This document shows positions 1-9,898 of a DNA stretch of 64,000 bases, in pieces. Below the pieces are notes generated by a model, which was given only the letters and a program-made list of their open reading frames with translations, had not been told where the DNA came from and ran no database searches. The translations under genes and the position numbers were made by a program. The stretch's first letter is position 1. Each line of letters opens with the position of its first letter. Origin of the DNA: a bacterium (GTDB lineage Bacteria > Desulfobacterota > DSWW01); NCBI GenBank assembly GCA_040756235.1, contig JBFLZG010000065.1, positions 1-64,000 of the forward strand. The letters run 5' to 3'.

Positions 1-122
1 CCCGAGGCGCCGGGGCTCGCTCGCGACATCTGGCTCTTGCAGGCCGTCCGTTGCCACGTCTCCTCTCGCAGACCGGCCGCGCCGGTCGGCGGAGTATGTT
101 ACCGAACTTATGAACCAGTGTA

Positions 123-1595
123 CTAAGGCTGTACCACCTCGGTGCAATTCATGAATACCAGGGTCTCCGCGGTCACGGACGCTCCTGCCGCCACCTCCAG
201 CGCTCCTCCCCCCTCGATCTGGTGGGTGGTGAGGTTCTGCGGCGAGCAGTTGGGCTCCGTGCCGTTGAAGGCCACGGCATCGACCGAGTAAGGGACCGGG
301 CCGAGGGCGGGCCCCGCGTAGACCGTCCCGGAGGCAAGATAGTTGCCTGCCAGAGGATTGCTTGCAGGGACCTCGAGCACGTAGTCCGCGCAAGCGGTCC
401 CCGCAGGACAGGCGGGATCCGCAACCGTGGAGATCGTGCCGGTCGAGGCGCCGAACAGCGGAATGGTCACGGCGACATCGGTGCCGCCGGGACCGGACGC
501 ATCCTGCAGCGGACTGATCGAGAGGTCGATCGGAGCAGGACCGCTCGCGCTCTGGCTCGTGACCCGTCCCTGGATGGCGGCGGGAGCCTGGCTGTCTCCG
601 ATTTCCGGCTCGAGCGGGATGCTGCCCACGTCGGTGCCCACAGGCACGCCGAAGGTGACGGTCGCATTGTAGGTCACGCCGTTGCCGTCGATCGCGGCAA
701 CGACCAGATCGTAGGTCCCCGCCGCCAGAGGGCAGAAGATGAAGCTGCCGTCCTCGGGATCGGCGAACTTCTCGGCGACCACGCGGTCCACCCCGTCTGC
801 GCCGAGCTGCTCGGCGTAGACCACGATGGTGGCGGGCGCGGGCAGCGGCGATGCGGTCCCTCTCACGACCACCCTTCCGCTGATCGAAGATTGGACCGAC
901 ACTTCGCCGGCGCTCAGAGTGGGTTTCAGACGGAGCTTGCCGTTTCCCTGGGACACGATCGATCTGCACGCGTTGAAGTCGATGTTGATGTCCGCCGATT
1001 TGCCGGCTTCCAGGCGGATCGGCCCGCCGGCGATACGGCCCGGCGGTATCTTGATGCCGGTCTTGTCCTGACTGCTCAACTCGAGCGTCTTGAGCTCGCC
1101 CGCGGTCGTCTCCGCGCAGTTGAAGCCGCCGCCGGATGCCTGCGCGCACGCGTTCGGCTGCGGAACCGCCAGACCGGGGGCCGGGTCGTTCTCGAGCAGG
1201 TGCAGCCGGATCTGCTGGTAGTCGCCGGGAGCCAGTCCGGTCGTGGAGCCCAGCACCGTCAGCACGCACTGGGTGTCGCTCGCGCTGAGCAGATCGATCT
1301 GCTTCGGCTGGTCCCGCAGATCCACGAGCGTGACCCATCCGCCGTCGCCCTGGTCCGCCTCGTCCGATATGTGCGCACGGACGAGCGTCACGGTCACCCA
1401 GACATGGTTGAAGGTGCTCTCTCCGACGCCTCCGGGGCCTTTGCAGGTGGGAGGGTCGCTGAGGGTCGTCGTGACCAGGCCCGCAGTGCCCTGCTGCGCA
1501 GAGGCCTCCTCATCGCTCCCGCCTCCGCTGCATCCCGCGGCCATTGCCGCTGCCGTCACAGCCGCCAGCAACAGAAACAGCTTGAACCTTTTCAT
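123..1595 (-). CDS. DUF4382-like lipoprotein with carboxypeptidase-regulatory-like beta domains
   Basis: Start moved to ATG 1595 (MKRFKLFLLLAAVTAAAMAAG-C lipobox, GAAGGGG upstream). LSDPP, VWVTV, G.Y.QIRL and INIDFNACRSIV..GNG..RLKP motifs are typical of DUF4382. Confidence 0.7.
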   Translation of the reverse strand: MKRFKLFLLLAAVTAAAMAAGCSGGGSDEEASAQQGTAGLVTTTLSDPPTCKGPGGVGESTFNHVWVTVTLVRAHISDEADQGDGGWVTLVDLRDQPKQIDLLSASDTQCVLTVLGSTTGLAPGDYQQIRLHLLENDPAPGLAVPQPNACAQASGGGFNCAETTAGELKTLELSSQDKTGIKIPPGRIAGGPIRLEAGKSADINIDFNACRSIVSQGNGKLRLKPTLSAGEVSVQSSISGRVVVRGTASPLPAPATIVVYAEQLGADGVDRVVAEKFADPEDGSFIFCPLAAGTYDLVVAAIDGNGVTYNATVTFGVPVGTDVGSIPLEPEIGDSQAPAAIQGRVTSQSASGPAPIDLSISPLQDASGPGGTDVAVTIPLFGASTGTISTVADPACPAGTACADYVLEVPASNPLAGNYLASGTVYAGPALGPVPYSVDAVAFNGTEPNCSPQNLTTHQIEGGGALEVAAGASVTAETLVFMNCTEVVQP

Positions 1596-1663
1596 GGCCC
1601 ACCCCTTCGGAAACCGGTTGAACGAATGCACGCCCTCCCTCTCACGATCAAGTCAGACATTCT

Positions 1664-1679
1664 AGCAAATCGCCTGCCA
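1664..1679 (-). promoter_or_regulatory. sigma54 -24/-12 promoter
   Basis: TGGCAGGCGATTTGCT versus consensus TGGCACG-N4-TTGCW, about 70 bp upstream of the lipoprotein start. Confidence 0.6.
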
Positions 1680-1973
1680 CCTTCCTACCCGCAAGCCCTT
1701 CTCATGGAGCGCATATAAAAACGGTTGTAACAGATCGACAATCCTTCCGGGCGGAGCGCGCCCGCGCCGCAGAAGCGCATCGTTCCCCTCAGGGCCGCGA
1801 TACAAAAGCTTCTCCGGACGTTTCAATCCTGTAAGCGGGCGTTACGCGTGTTGCCGGAGATCGCGCGCCCGAATCGTAAGATGCCCGCCAGGACGGACCG
1901 GTTCTAACTCCGTTCTTTCTCACGATCCAAGGGGAACGGCCACTGCCAAAGGGTTCGCGAGCGCGCGGCGTGA

Positions 1974-2000
1974 GCAGGGGCGTATGGCCATACGCCCCTG
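1974..2000. repeat. GTAG-type REP hairpin
   Basis: GCAGGGGCGTATGGCCATACGCCCCTG palindrome. Confidence 0.7.
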
Positions 2001-2152
2001 GCAGCTCCCCCTCAGAAGCGTGGCGATCACCGTGAAACGGAGCTAAAAATATATTAACCGTTCATAGTTAACCACGATTGTTCAAGTAATTTATTATTTC
2101 CCAGAACGCCATAAGAGGGGGGGCGTTCCGGGGGAACGGCTTTTCTGTCAAA

Positions 2153-5100
2153 ATGGATCGCATGTCCGCCGTGCTCGACCTTTTCCATCCCCTGATCGGG
2201 AAGTGGTTTGCAGAACGTTTCGGGAGCCCGACCGGGATCCAGGAGCTGGCCTGGCCGGCGATCGCGCGGGGCGAGCACGTCCTCATCACCGCGCCCACCG
2301 GAAGCGGCAAGACCCTGGCCGCCTTTCTTTGGGCCATCAACCGTCTGGTGACCTCCGGGGCGGGAAGCGGGGATGCCCGCATCCTCTACGTATCGCCGCT
2401 CAAGGCGCTCAACAACGACATCCGCAGGAACCTGGAGGAGCCGCTCTCCGAGCTGGCATCCTGCTTCCGACAGGCGGGGGAGCCCTTCCCTCCCATCACA
2501 ATCGCGGTCCGGAGCGGCGACACGGAACCTGCCGAGCGGAGGCGGATGGTCAAGGCTCCGCCGGAGATCCTCATCACCACGCCGGAGAGCCTGAACGTAC
2601 TGCTGACCTCGGGTACCGGCCGCCGCTCCCTGCTCGGGCTGCGGTCCGTGATCCTCGACGAGATCCACGCGGTTGCGCCGAACAAACGCGGCACCTACCT
2701 GATGAGCGCCGTCGAGCGGCTGGTCCGGCCGTGCGGAGAGTTCCAGCGTCTGGCCCTGTCCGCAACGGTCAGGCCCCTGGAGACCGTGGCCGGGTTGGTC
2801 GGAGGCTGGAAGAGGGTGGGCGCCGCGGGCGCGGAGGCCTACGAACGCCGTCCGGTCACGATCCTGGAGACCAGAGGCACGAAGCGGTACGAGGTGTGCG
2901 TCGTCTACCCGGAGGGCGCGGGCGAGCGCGGCGACCCTCGCGCCTGGTGGTCGGCGATTGCCGGGGAGCTGCGCAAGATCATCGAACGGAACCGCTCCAC
3001 GCTCCTCTTCACCAACAGCAGGCGCATGACCGAAAAGCTCACGCGGCTTCTGAACGAGAGCGCGTCCGGCGACCGCGTCTACTCGCACCACGGCTCCCTC
3101 TCGCGTGAGATCCGGGCGGTGGTGGAAAAGCGGTTCAAGGAAGGCGAGCTCGCCGCGGTGGTGGCTACGGGATCTCTGGAGCTCGGCATCGACATCGGTA
3201 CGGTCGATGAGGTCGTGCTCGTCCAGGTGCCGTCTTCGATCGCTTCTTCCGTCCAGCGCATGGGACGTTCGGGACACGGCGTGGGAGAGCCGTCCCGGGC
3301 CACCTTCTGCCCGCTGCACAGTCGCGACTTCCTGGAGGCTGCGGTCCTGGCCGCCCACATGGACCCGCAGGAGATCGAGCCGGTCCGCCCGCTCCTGAAC
3401 CCGCTCGACGTTCTCGCTCAGGTGGTGCTTTCCATGGTGGTCGACGACGCGCGCTCCCTCGACGAGATCTACGCGGAGGTCCGCACGAGCTGGGCCTATC
3501 ACGAGCTCCCCAGGAAGGAGTTCGACCTGGTCGTCGAGATGCTGGCCGGAAGATACGAGGACGCGCGCCTGCGCGAGCTCAGGCCCCGCGCCGCCCTCGA
3601 CCGGATCGACGGGACGCTCAGGGCCAGGGAAGGCGCGGCGCGCCTGCTCTTCCTCTCCGGCGGCGTCATTCCGGACCGCGGCTACTACAACCTGCGGCTC
3701 GCGGACTCCAGGGCCAAGATCGCGGAGCTGGACGAAGAGTTCGTCTGGGAGCGCCGGCCCGGGGACGCCTTCCCCCTGGGAAACCAGCTCTGGTCCATCC
3801 AGCGCATCACCGCCAACGACGTGGAGGTGCTCCCGGCCCCGAGGGCGAGCTCGGTGATCCCGTTCTGGCGCTCCGAGGAGATGGACCGCCCCTTCCACTT
3901 CTCCGAGCGGATCGGCGTGTTCCTCGAGGCAGCCGAGGCGGAGCTGGGGACCCGGTCCTTTCGTGAGAAGCTGCTGGGCCGCCACCGCATGTCCCGGCCC
4001 GCCGCCGACCATCTCATCGGGTATCTGCAGCGGCAGCGGGAGGCGACCGGTGCGCCGCTCCCCCACCGGCACCACCTTCTGGTCGAGCACTTCCGCGATC
4101 CCTCGGGCGCCGAGCCCGGGCAGACCGTGCTGCATACCTTGTGGGGCGGCAGCGTGAACCGGCCTCTTGCGCTGGCGCTCGCCGCGGCGTGGGAGACCAG
4201 GTACGAGACGCCCTTGCAGACGTTCGCGAACAACGACGCGATCCTCGTCCATCTCCCGAAGCACTTCACCCTGGAGGACCTCCTCCCCCTCGTCGCCGCC
4301 GGCAAGCTCGACCGCCTCCTCAGGGCCAGGCTCGAAAGCACCGCGTTCTTCGGAGCCCGCTTCCGGGAGAACGCCCAGCGCGCCCTGCTCCTGCCCAGAC
4401 GGAGCTTCCGGGACCGGATGCCCCTCTGGCTCAATCGGGTCCGGGCCAGGAAGCTGCTGGAGGCGGTCTCGCGCTACCCGGATTTCCCCATCGTGCTGGA
4501 AACCTGGCGCACCTGCATGGATCAGGAATTCGACCTCCCTGTTCTCGAACGCCTGCTGGAGGAGATCAGGACCCGCGCCGTCCGGCTGACCGAGGTGATC
4601 GTCCCCAGGCCTTCGCCCTTTGCCGAAGCGATCGTCTGGACCCGGACGAACCAACTCATGTACGAAGACGACGCGCCCGGTTCCGGGCTCAGGACCAGCC
4701 TGAGCGAAGAGCTTCTCAGGCAGGCCCTGCGGTCCGGCCGGCTCCGGCCGAGGCTCTCCGGGGAGCTGATCCACGCTTTCCAGCAGAAGGTGCAGAGGGT
4801 CGCCGAAGGCTACGCGCCCTCGACCCCGGACGACCTGCTGGAGTGGGTCAAGGAGCGGCGCTTGATCCCGGGCGAGGAGTGGACGGTTCTTCTGGAGGCG
4901 GTGGAGCGTGACAGCGGCTTGCAGCGGGACGAAATCCTCGCCCCGATCTCCGGCAGGCTCGCCTGGATTCCCCGCTGCCCGGACCGGGCCATCGTGGCCC
5001 TGGAAGACCTGGAGCGGACCTGCCGGGCCCTGGGAGACCTCGACTCCGGCCGTGCAGCTGCCGGCGGGCCGCCCGGCAGGCGGGAGCCGGAGCCGGAAAC

Positions 5101-6655
5101 CGCGCAGGAGTCGGCCGGCTCGGACGAGCTCCTGACCGCATTTCTCGCCGAGTGGCTCCGCTTCTACGGGCCCGTCAGCCATCCTTTCGTCCTCGACAGG
5201 CTGGGCATCGAGGAAGCGCGGCTCGCGGCTGCGCTCGACGGACTGATCGAGTCCCGAACGATCACGGTAGACGTGTTCCGGGCCGAATCGGGCGGGGCGG
5301 CCGTTTCACCGCCGCAGCAGGAGATCTGCGATACCGAGAACTTGGAGATCCTGCTCCGCCTCCAACGCGCCGCCCGGCGGCCGTCTTTCACCGCTCTCGA
5401 GTCGGACGCCCTCCCGCTGTTCCTGGCGGCCTACCAGGGGCTCACGGGACAGGGCGACGGAGCCGACCGCCTGCAACAGCGGCTCGAGCAGCTCTTCGGC
5501 TACCCGGCCAGAGCCGTGCTCTGGGAGACGGAGATCCTGCCCGCGCGCCTGAGCCCCTATCACCCGAGCTGGCTGGACTCCGCCATGAGCCGGACCGAGC
5601 TGGCATGGTTCGGCTGCGGAAAGGAGAGACTCGGCTTCTGCTTCCGGCCCGATCTCGAGCTGTTCGTCGACCCCGGTGCGCCCGCGAACGGAGAGACGGC
5701 CCCCGACGCGCAGGACCGTGCAGCGCTGACCCGCAGGGTGGAGGAAGTGCTGGCGGGCGCCCTGGGCAGAGTCAGCCTGGCCGACCTGAGCGCGGCGCCG
5801 CAGTTGAAATCCGTGCAGCTCGATCTTCTGGCAAATTCCCTGTGGGAGCTGGCGTGGCAGGGACGCGTCCTCAACGACAGCTTCGAGACGGTCCGCAGAG
5901 GCGTCCTCAGCCGGTTCCGGGCCCCGGCGGTCTCGGACCCGGTCGGAGACCCGCGGCGCTCCCGCCTGAGCCGGTGGAGGAACCCGCGCCCCTTGCCGGG
6001 CAACTGGTTTGTCCCCCGGCTGGGCCGCGCAGAGCCGCGCGACGCCCTGGAGACCGAGGAGCTCTCGAAGGACCGCGCGCGCGTGCTCCTGGCCCGCTAC
6101 GGCGTGCTGTTTCGCGAGCTCCTGGCGAACGAGCTCCCGCCGCTCCGCTGGCCGAGCCTGCTGCGTACCTTGCGGCTCATGGAGCTTGCCGGAGAGGTCC
6201 TGGCCGGCCACTTCTTCCAGGGGATCCCCGGGCTTCAGTTCTGCTCCCATGAGGCCTTCCGCCTGCTGGAAGGGGCGCTTCCCGAAGAGACCGTCTACTG
6301 GATGAACGCCGCAGATCCGGCCTCGATGTGCGGCACCGACCTCGAAGAGCTCAAGGGGGCCCTCCCGCCCAGACTGTCGACCACGCATCTGGTCTTCCAC
6401 GGGCGCAGGCTCGTGGTCGTTTCGAAGAGGAGCGGTGCGGAGCTGGAGATCCGGGTCCAGCCGGACCACCCGCAGCTCCATGACTTTCTGGGCTTCATGA
6501 AGGTCGTCGTAGGCAGGCGCTTCGCGCCGCTCCGGCACCTCAGGGTGGAGACGGTCAACGGCGGGGCCGCCCTGGAGAGCCCTTACGCAGGGGCCCTGGC
6601 CGACTTCGGCTTCCAGCGGGAGCTCAAAGGGCTCACGCTGCGGCGGCGCTTCTGA
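2153..6655 (+). CDS. lhr: Lhr-family ATP-dependent DEAH helicase, full-length 1500 aa
   Basis: APTGSGKT, YVSPLKALNND, TTPESL, DEIH, LSAT, HHGSLS, SLELGIDIG and QRMGRSGH motifs. Long C-terminal part with LLARYGVLFRE and NAADPA, as in long Lhr proteins. Confidence 0.93.
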   Translation: MDRMSAVLDLFHPLIGKWFAERFGSPTGIQELAWPAIARGEHVLITAPTGSGKTLAAFLWAINRLVTSGAGSGDARILYVSPLKALNNDIRRNLEEPLSELASCFRQAGEPFPPITIAVRSGDTEPAERRRMVKAPPEILITTPESLNVLLTSGTGRRSLLGLRSVILDEIHAVAPNKRGTYLMSAVERLVRPCGEFQRLALSATVRPLETVAGLVGGWKRVGAAGAEAYERRPVTILETRGTKRYEVCVVYPEGAGERGDPRAWWSAIAGELRKIIERNRSTLLFTNSRRMTEKLTRLLNESASGDRVYSHHGSLSREIRAVVEKRFKEGELAAVVATGSLELGIDIGTVDEVVLVQVPSSIASSVQRMGRSGHGVGEPSRATFCPLHSRDFLEAAVLAAHMDPQEIEPVRPLLNPLDVLAQVVLSMVVDDARSLDEIYAEVRTSWAYHELPRKEFDLVVEMLAGRYEDARLRELRPRAALDRIDGTLRAREGAARLLFLSGGVIPDRGYYNLRLADSRAKIAELDEEFVWERRPGDAFPLGNQLWSIQRITANDVEVLPAPRASSVIPFWRSEEMDRPFHFSERIGVFLEAAEAELGTRSFREKLLGRHRMSRPAADHLIGYLQRQREATGAPLPHRHHLLVEHFRDPSGAEPGQTVLHTLWGGSVNRPLALALAAAWETRYETPLQTFANNDAILVHLPKHFTLEDLLPLVAAGKLDRLLRARLESTAFFGARFRENAQRALLLPRRSFRDRMPLWLNRVRARKLLEAVSRYPDFPIVLETWRTCMDQEFDLPVLERLLEEIRTRAVRLTEVIVPRPSPFAEAIVWTRTNQLMYEDDAPGSGLRTSLSEELLRQALRSGRLRPRLSGELIHAFQQKVQRVAEGYAPSTPDDLLEWVKERRLIPGEEWTVLLEAVERDSGLQRDEILAPISGRLAWIPRCPDRAIVALEDLERTCRALGDLDSGRAAAGGPPGRREPEPETAQESAGSDELLTAFLAEWLRFYGPVSHPFVLDRLGIEEARLAAALDGLIESRTITVDVFRAESGGAAVSPPQQEICDTENLEILLRLQRAARRPSFTALESDALPLFLAAYQGLTGQGDGADRLQQRLEQLFGYPARAVLWETEILPARLSPYHPSWLDSAMSRTELAWFGCGKERLGFCFRPDLELFVDPGAPANGETAPDAQDRAALTRRVEEVLAGALGRVSLADLSAAPQLKSVQLDLLANSLWELAWQGRVLNDSFETVRRGVLSRFRAPAVSDPVGDPRRSRLSRWRNPRPLPGNWFVPRLGRAEPRDALETEELSKDRARVLLARYGVLFRELLANELPPLRWPSLLRTLRLMELAGEVLAGHFFQGIPGLQFCSHEAFRLLEGALPEETVYWMNAADPASMCGTDLEELKGALPPRLSTTHLVFHGRRLVVVSKRSGAELEIRVQPDHPQLHDFLGFMKVVVGRRFAPLRHLRVETVNGGAALESPYAGALADFGFQRELKGLTLRRRF

Positions 6656-6670
6656 CCCGCCGGGAGCGAT

Positions 6671-6699
6671 GTACGGGCAAGAGATTTTTTCGCCCCTAC
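6671..6699. repeat. GTAG-type REP hairpin after lhr stop
   Basis: GTACGGGCAAGAGATTTTTTCGCCCCTAC; same family as 48895, 56277, 56324 and 60314. Confidence 0.6.
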
Positions 6700-6713
6700 A
6701 GGTTGCCTGATCA

Positions 6714-6975
6714 GCAACGACGCCTCAGATGGGCATTTTTGAACAGCCTCTGAAATCGAGCCTGTTGGGACAGGCTCTAGCTAGAGCTTGTCCCACAAGC
6801 CCCAGTTCGAGAGCCTGTTCAAAAATGCCCAGATGCAAGGCGCGCGAAATCCCGAGGAATGAGGCGTACATTTCAGTACGCCGCAGTGACCCCGGCCTTC
6901 GCCGGGGCAGGCTCCCCCGCCTCCATGACGCGCCATGAGCGCAACGCCGCAGATGGGCGTTTTGGGACAGGCTCT
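6714..6975. mobile_element. MITE-like family A: full copy 6810-6975 plus a right-end fragment (6714-6751) and mini end-hairpins (6758-6800)
   Basis: TIRs AGAGCCTGTTCAAAAATGCCCA...TGGGCGTTTTGGGACAGGCTCT. Core GATGCAAGGCGCGCG..GAGGAATGAGGCGTAC..GCAACGCCGCAGATGG is shared with five other loci. Confidence 0.75.
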
Positions 6976-6977
6976 AG

Positions 6978-7583
6978 CTAGGAAAGCTGCGATCTCAGGA
7001 ACCTGCACGCCCTGTGCTGGCGGGACTTGACGGCCGGGATCGAAATCCCCATGCGGCGGCTGACCTCCCTCAGCGGCAGCTCGTCGACCTTGACGGCCAG
7101 GAACACCCGGCGGTAGCTCGACGGCAGAGCGGAAAACGCCTGCCTGAGCCTGAGACGCAGCTCCAGACGGGCGGCACAAGGGCCCTGTGCCGCATGCGCG
7201 CCCGTGCGCCGGTGGGAGGCTTCCAGCAAAGCGTCCTGGACCGGCTCGTCCAGAAGGAACAGCCTGTCCTTCTTCTGCCTGCGCTTGTGCATGAGGAAGG
7301 CGTTGAAGGTGACCCGGTAGATCCAGGTCGACAGGGAAGACCTGCCCTCGAAGCTCTTGCTCTTCAGAAACAGGACCATGAGGACGTCCTGCAGGATGTC
7401 CTTCACGTCCTCTTCGTCCCTGCAGAGCTGCTGCAGCTGCTGCAGGATCCGGGGCCGGTATCTCCTCTCCAGCTCCTCGAAGGCCCCTTCTGCGCCGCTC
7501 CGGATCATCTCGATCAACTCGGACTCGGATCCGCACGAAGGCGGATGCGACGACGACCCCATCAGCTTCTCTTCATTCTCCAT
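6978..7583 (-). CDS. ECF-type RNA polymerase sigma-70 factor
   Basis: AFEEL..RY, DILQDV, FEGRSSLSTWIYRVTFN (region 2) and region 4 HTH (EVSRRMGISIPAVKSR); AGGAGA SD. Confidence 0.88.
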   Translation of the reverse strand: MENEEKLMGSSSHPPSCGSESELIEMIRSGAEGAFEELERRYRPRILQQLQQLCRDEEDVKDILQDVLMVLFLKSKSFEGRSSLSTWIYRVTFNAFLMHKRRQKKDRLFLLDEPVQDALLEASHRRTGAHAAQGPCAARLELRLRLRQAFSALPSSYRRVFLAVKVDELPLREVSRRMGISIPAVKSRQHRACRFLRSQLS

Positions 7584-8154
7584 GTTGCGTTCTCCTGGTC
7601 GCTAGAAGGTGTAGGGCAATCGAAGGCGGCCTCTTTTGTCTCCCCCATCGCGAACGGGCCTCATCATAGGGAAAATCGGTTCGGCGCGAATACGGTGAAC
7701 ACTGTAGTCCCGCGTAGGGAATACCGTATCTTTCTGGGAAGAACAGCGTATTTTTTCGACCGGGGATTGCCGCAGGAAGAACCCTGACTTTAACGAGCCG
7801 CATCGCATCGCGGTCGTGCGTCGTGCGCGGCGAAGGGGGAGGCGATCGCACCGCGCATATTGGAGAGACTCGCAGACCGGGACCGCGAGGGCCTTGCGGG
7901 CGTCGTAACCCCGCGGGGCGAGGGTCCTCCCCCGGGCCGTTCTTGATCCCGCCCCACCCGACGAACCGCCCCGTGCCGGCCGGCACATGTCCGTCCGGTC
8001 CTTGATTCAGTACGAAGTTCCGCGCTATTCTTCCGCATCCCGCAGACCGCCAGGCACCGTCGGCCGGCAGCGATCGAGACGATCGCAGCCGGCTCGAGGT
8101 CGCTGTTTCCGGCGGCCGGCGCACCCGGAACAAGCTCGAGGAGATCGGGACAGG

Positions 8155-9027
8155 ATGAAAGGCATCGTACTCGCAGGGGGGCAAGGCACGCGGCTCTATC
8201 CCGTTACCAAGGCCATCTCCAAGCAGCTGCTGCCGGTCTATGACAAGCCCATGATCTACTATCCCCTGTCCGTCCTGATGCTCGCAGGCATCCGCGAGAT
8301 TCTGATCGTCTCCACCGTGCGGGACATGCCGGCCTATCAGGATCTCCTGGGCGACGGAAGTCAGCTCGGTCTCTCTTTCTCCTACCGGATACAGCAGGCT
8401 CCGCGCGGGATCGCCGATGCCTTCATCGTCGGCGAATCCTTCATAGCGGGGAGCGAGGTTTCGCTGATCCTCGGCGACAACATCATGTTCGGTCAGCGCC
8501 TGAGCGAGCTCCTGCGCAAGGGGGCGGCACTGAAGGAAGGAGCTTTGATTTTCGGCTACTACGTGAAGGACCCCAGCGCCTCCGGCGTGGTCGAAGTGGA
8601 CGGGACCGGCCGCGCCGTATCACTCGAGGAGAAGCCGTCGAAGCCCAAGTCGCATTATGCCGTTCCCGGCCTCTACTTCTACGACCATCACGTCGTGAGC
8701 CTGGCAAAGGACCTGGCACCTTCGGCGCGGGGCGAGCTCGAGATCACCGACCTCAATCTCGAGTACATGCGTCAAGGGAAGCTCCGGGTCGAGCTGTTCG
8801 GCCGCGGCATGGCCTGGCTGGACACGGGGACTACCGAAGGGCTGATCGAGGCGAGCAACTTCGTCCAGACCGTACAAAAGCGGCAGGGCCTTTACATCGC
8901 CTGCCTGGAAGAGATCGCCTACCGGATGGGCTACATAGGCACTGCTCAGCTCCTTGAGCTTGCGCGCCCGCTGCGAAGCACGCCCTACGGGGACTATCTC
9001 ACCGACATCGCCCGGGAAGCGGTATAG
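8155..9027 (+). CDS. rfbA: Glucose-1-phosphate thymidylyltransferase
   Basis: [48 protein letters not shown] and WLDTGT; true start at 8155. Confidence 0.96.
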   Translation: MKGIVLAGGQGTRLYPVTKAISKQLLPVYDKPMIYYPLSVLMLAGIREILIVSTVRDMPAYQDLLGDGSQLGLSFSYRIQQAPRGIADAFIVGESFIAGSEVSLILGDNIMFGQRLSELLRKGAALKEGALIFGYYVKDPSASGVVEVDGTGRAVSLEEKPSKPKSHYAVPGLYFYDHHVVSLAKDLAPSARGELEITDLNLEYMRQGKLRVELFGRGMAWLDTGTTEGLIEASNFVQTVQKRQGLYIACLEEIAYRMGYIGTAQLLELARPLRSTPYGDYLTDIAREAV

Positions 9028-9067
9028 CGGTATGAAGAGCGTGCAGCGCCACCCCGGGGCGGCCGTC

Positions 9068-9796
9068 TCAGATCTTTCTGGAGAACGAGGACGCCCCCTC
9101 CACGATCCCCGCGAGCTTCGCCAGGTAGTCCCTCGTTTCGGCGGGCAGCTCGCCCGGGCTTTTCTCGAGGTTCCCCATGCCCCAGTTGTAGGCGGCCAGG
9201 GCCAGCCTCACGTCCCCCTGGTAACGATCCAGCAGCTGCCTGAGGTAGCGCGTTCCGGCCATGATGTTCTGGGCGGGGTCGAAGGGGTCTGTCACCCCCA
9301 GCTCCTTGGCCGTCTCGGGCATGAGCTGCATGAGTCCCTGGGCGCCGGCGGAAGAAACGGCCCACGGGTCTCCGCCGCTCTCGGCCATGATGACGGAACG
9401 GATCAGGACCGGGTCCACGCCGTGGCAGGACGACGCCTGCTCGATCAGGGAGTCAAGAAATTGTCGGTCCTCTCCTGTCGTTGACGCCGGGTGAACGGGG
9501 CCCCTTGCGGGCGAGGAGACAGAAGCGCGCTGCGGGAGCAGAGCCCTTTCCGGGAGCGGAAAGGGGGCATGCGGAGGGCCCGGCAGGATCGAGCTCTGCG
9601 CTTCCTCGCCGCAATACAGGAATTCCAGGGACCGGGCCAGCAGCGTAAGGGTCAGGGCCTCCGCCTGGGAGGCGCTCGAACCTGAGATCCGCTCCGCAAG
9701 CAGAGTCTGAAAGTCCTCCGCTCCGTCCCGGCCGGAACGAACACCGGAACGCTCGGCCGTGAGCGCATCAAACAGGAGGGAGTGGATCTTGTTCAT
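9068..9796 (-). CDS. Lytic transglycosylase (SLT domain), probably flagellum-associated
   Basis: VIMAES, SSAGAQGLMQLMPETA, ALAAYNWG and ETRDY. Start taken at ATG 9796 because the longer ORF overlaps the divergent kinase gene. Confidence 0.85.
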   Translation of the reverse strand: MNKIHSLLFDALTAERSGVRSGRDGAEDFQTLLAERISGSSASQAEALTLTLLARSLEFLYCGEEAQSSILPGPPHAPFPLPERALLPQRASVSSPARGPVHPASTTGEDRQFLDSLIEQASSCHGVDPVLIRSVIMAESGGDPWAVSSAGAQGLMQLMPETAKELGVTDPFDPAQNIMAGTRYLRQLLDRYQGDVRLALAAYNWGMGNLEKSPGELPAETRDYLAKLAGIVEGASSFSRKI

Positions 9797-9808
9797 GGCC
9801 GACGTTTT

Positions 9809-9824
9809 AGCAAGTTTCGTACCA
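9809..9824 (-). promoter_or_regulatory. sigma54 -24/-12 promoter
   Basis: TGGTACGAAACTTGCT immediately upstream of the SLT gene. Confidence 0.7.
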
Positions 9825-9898
9825 GGACCATGCGCTCCGGACTTTTCCGTCGCCCCCGCGCACACCGGACGAGATCCGGCCGGTAATGGACAAGGGTG

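Noticed and set aside
1680..2150. Long intergenic region checked for riboswitch, tRNA or sRNA
   Set aside because: No recognisable motif beyond one REP hairpin and an AT-rich promoter-like stretch.
2054..5182. 1042-aa minus-strand ORF, and similar long ORFs at 15199-18204, 18077-22432, 21796-25446 and 44997-48248
   Set aside because: Antisense shadows of well-supported genes in high-GC DNA; no family motifs.
2153..6655. Lhr as part of an anti-phage defence system
   Set aside because: Stand-alone long Lhr of the DNA-repair type with no defence-associated neighbours.
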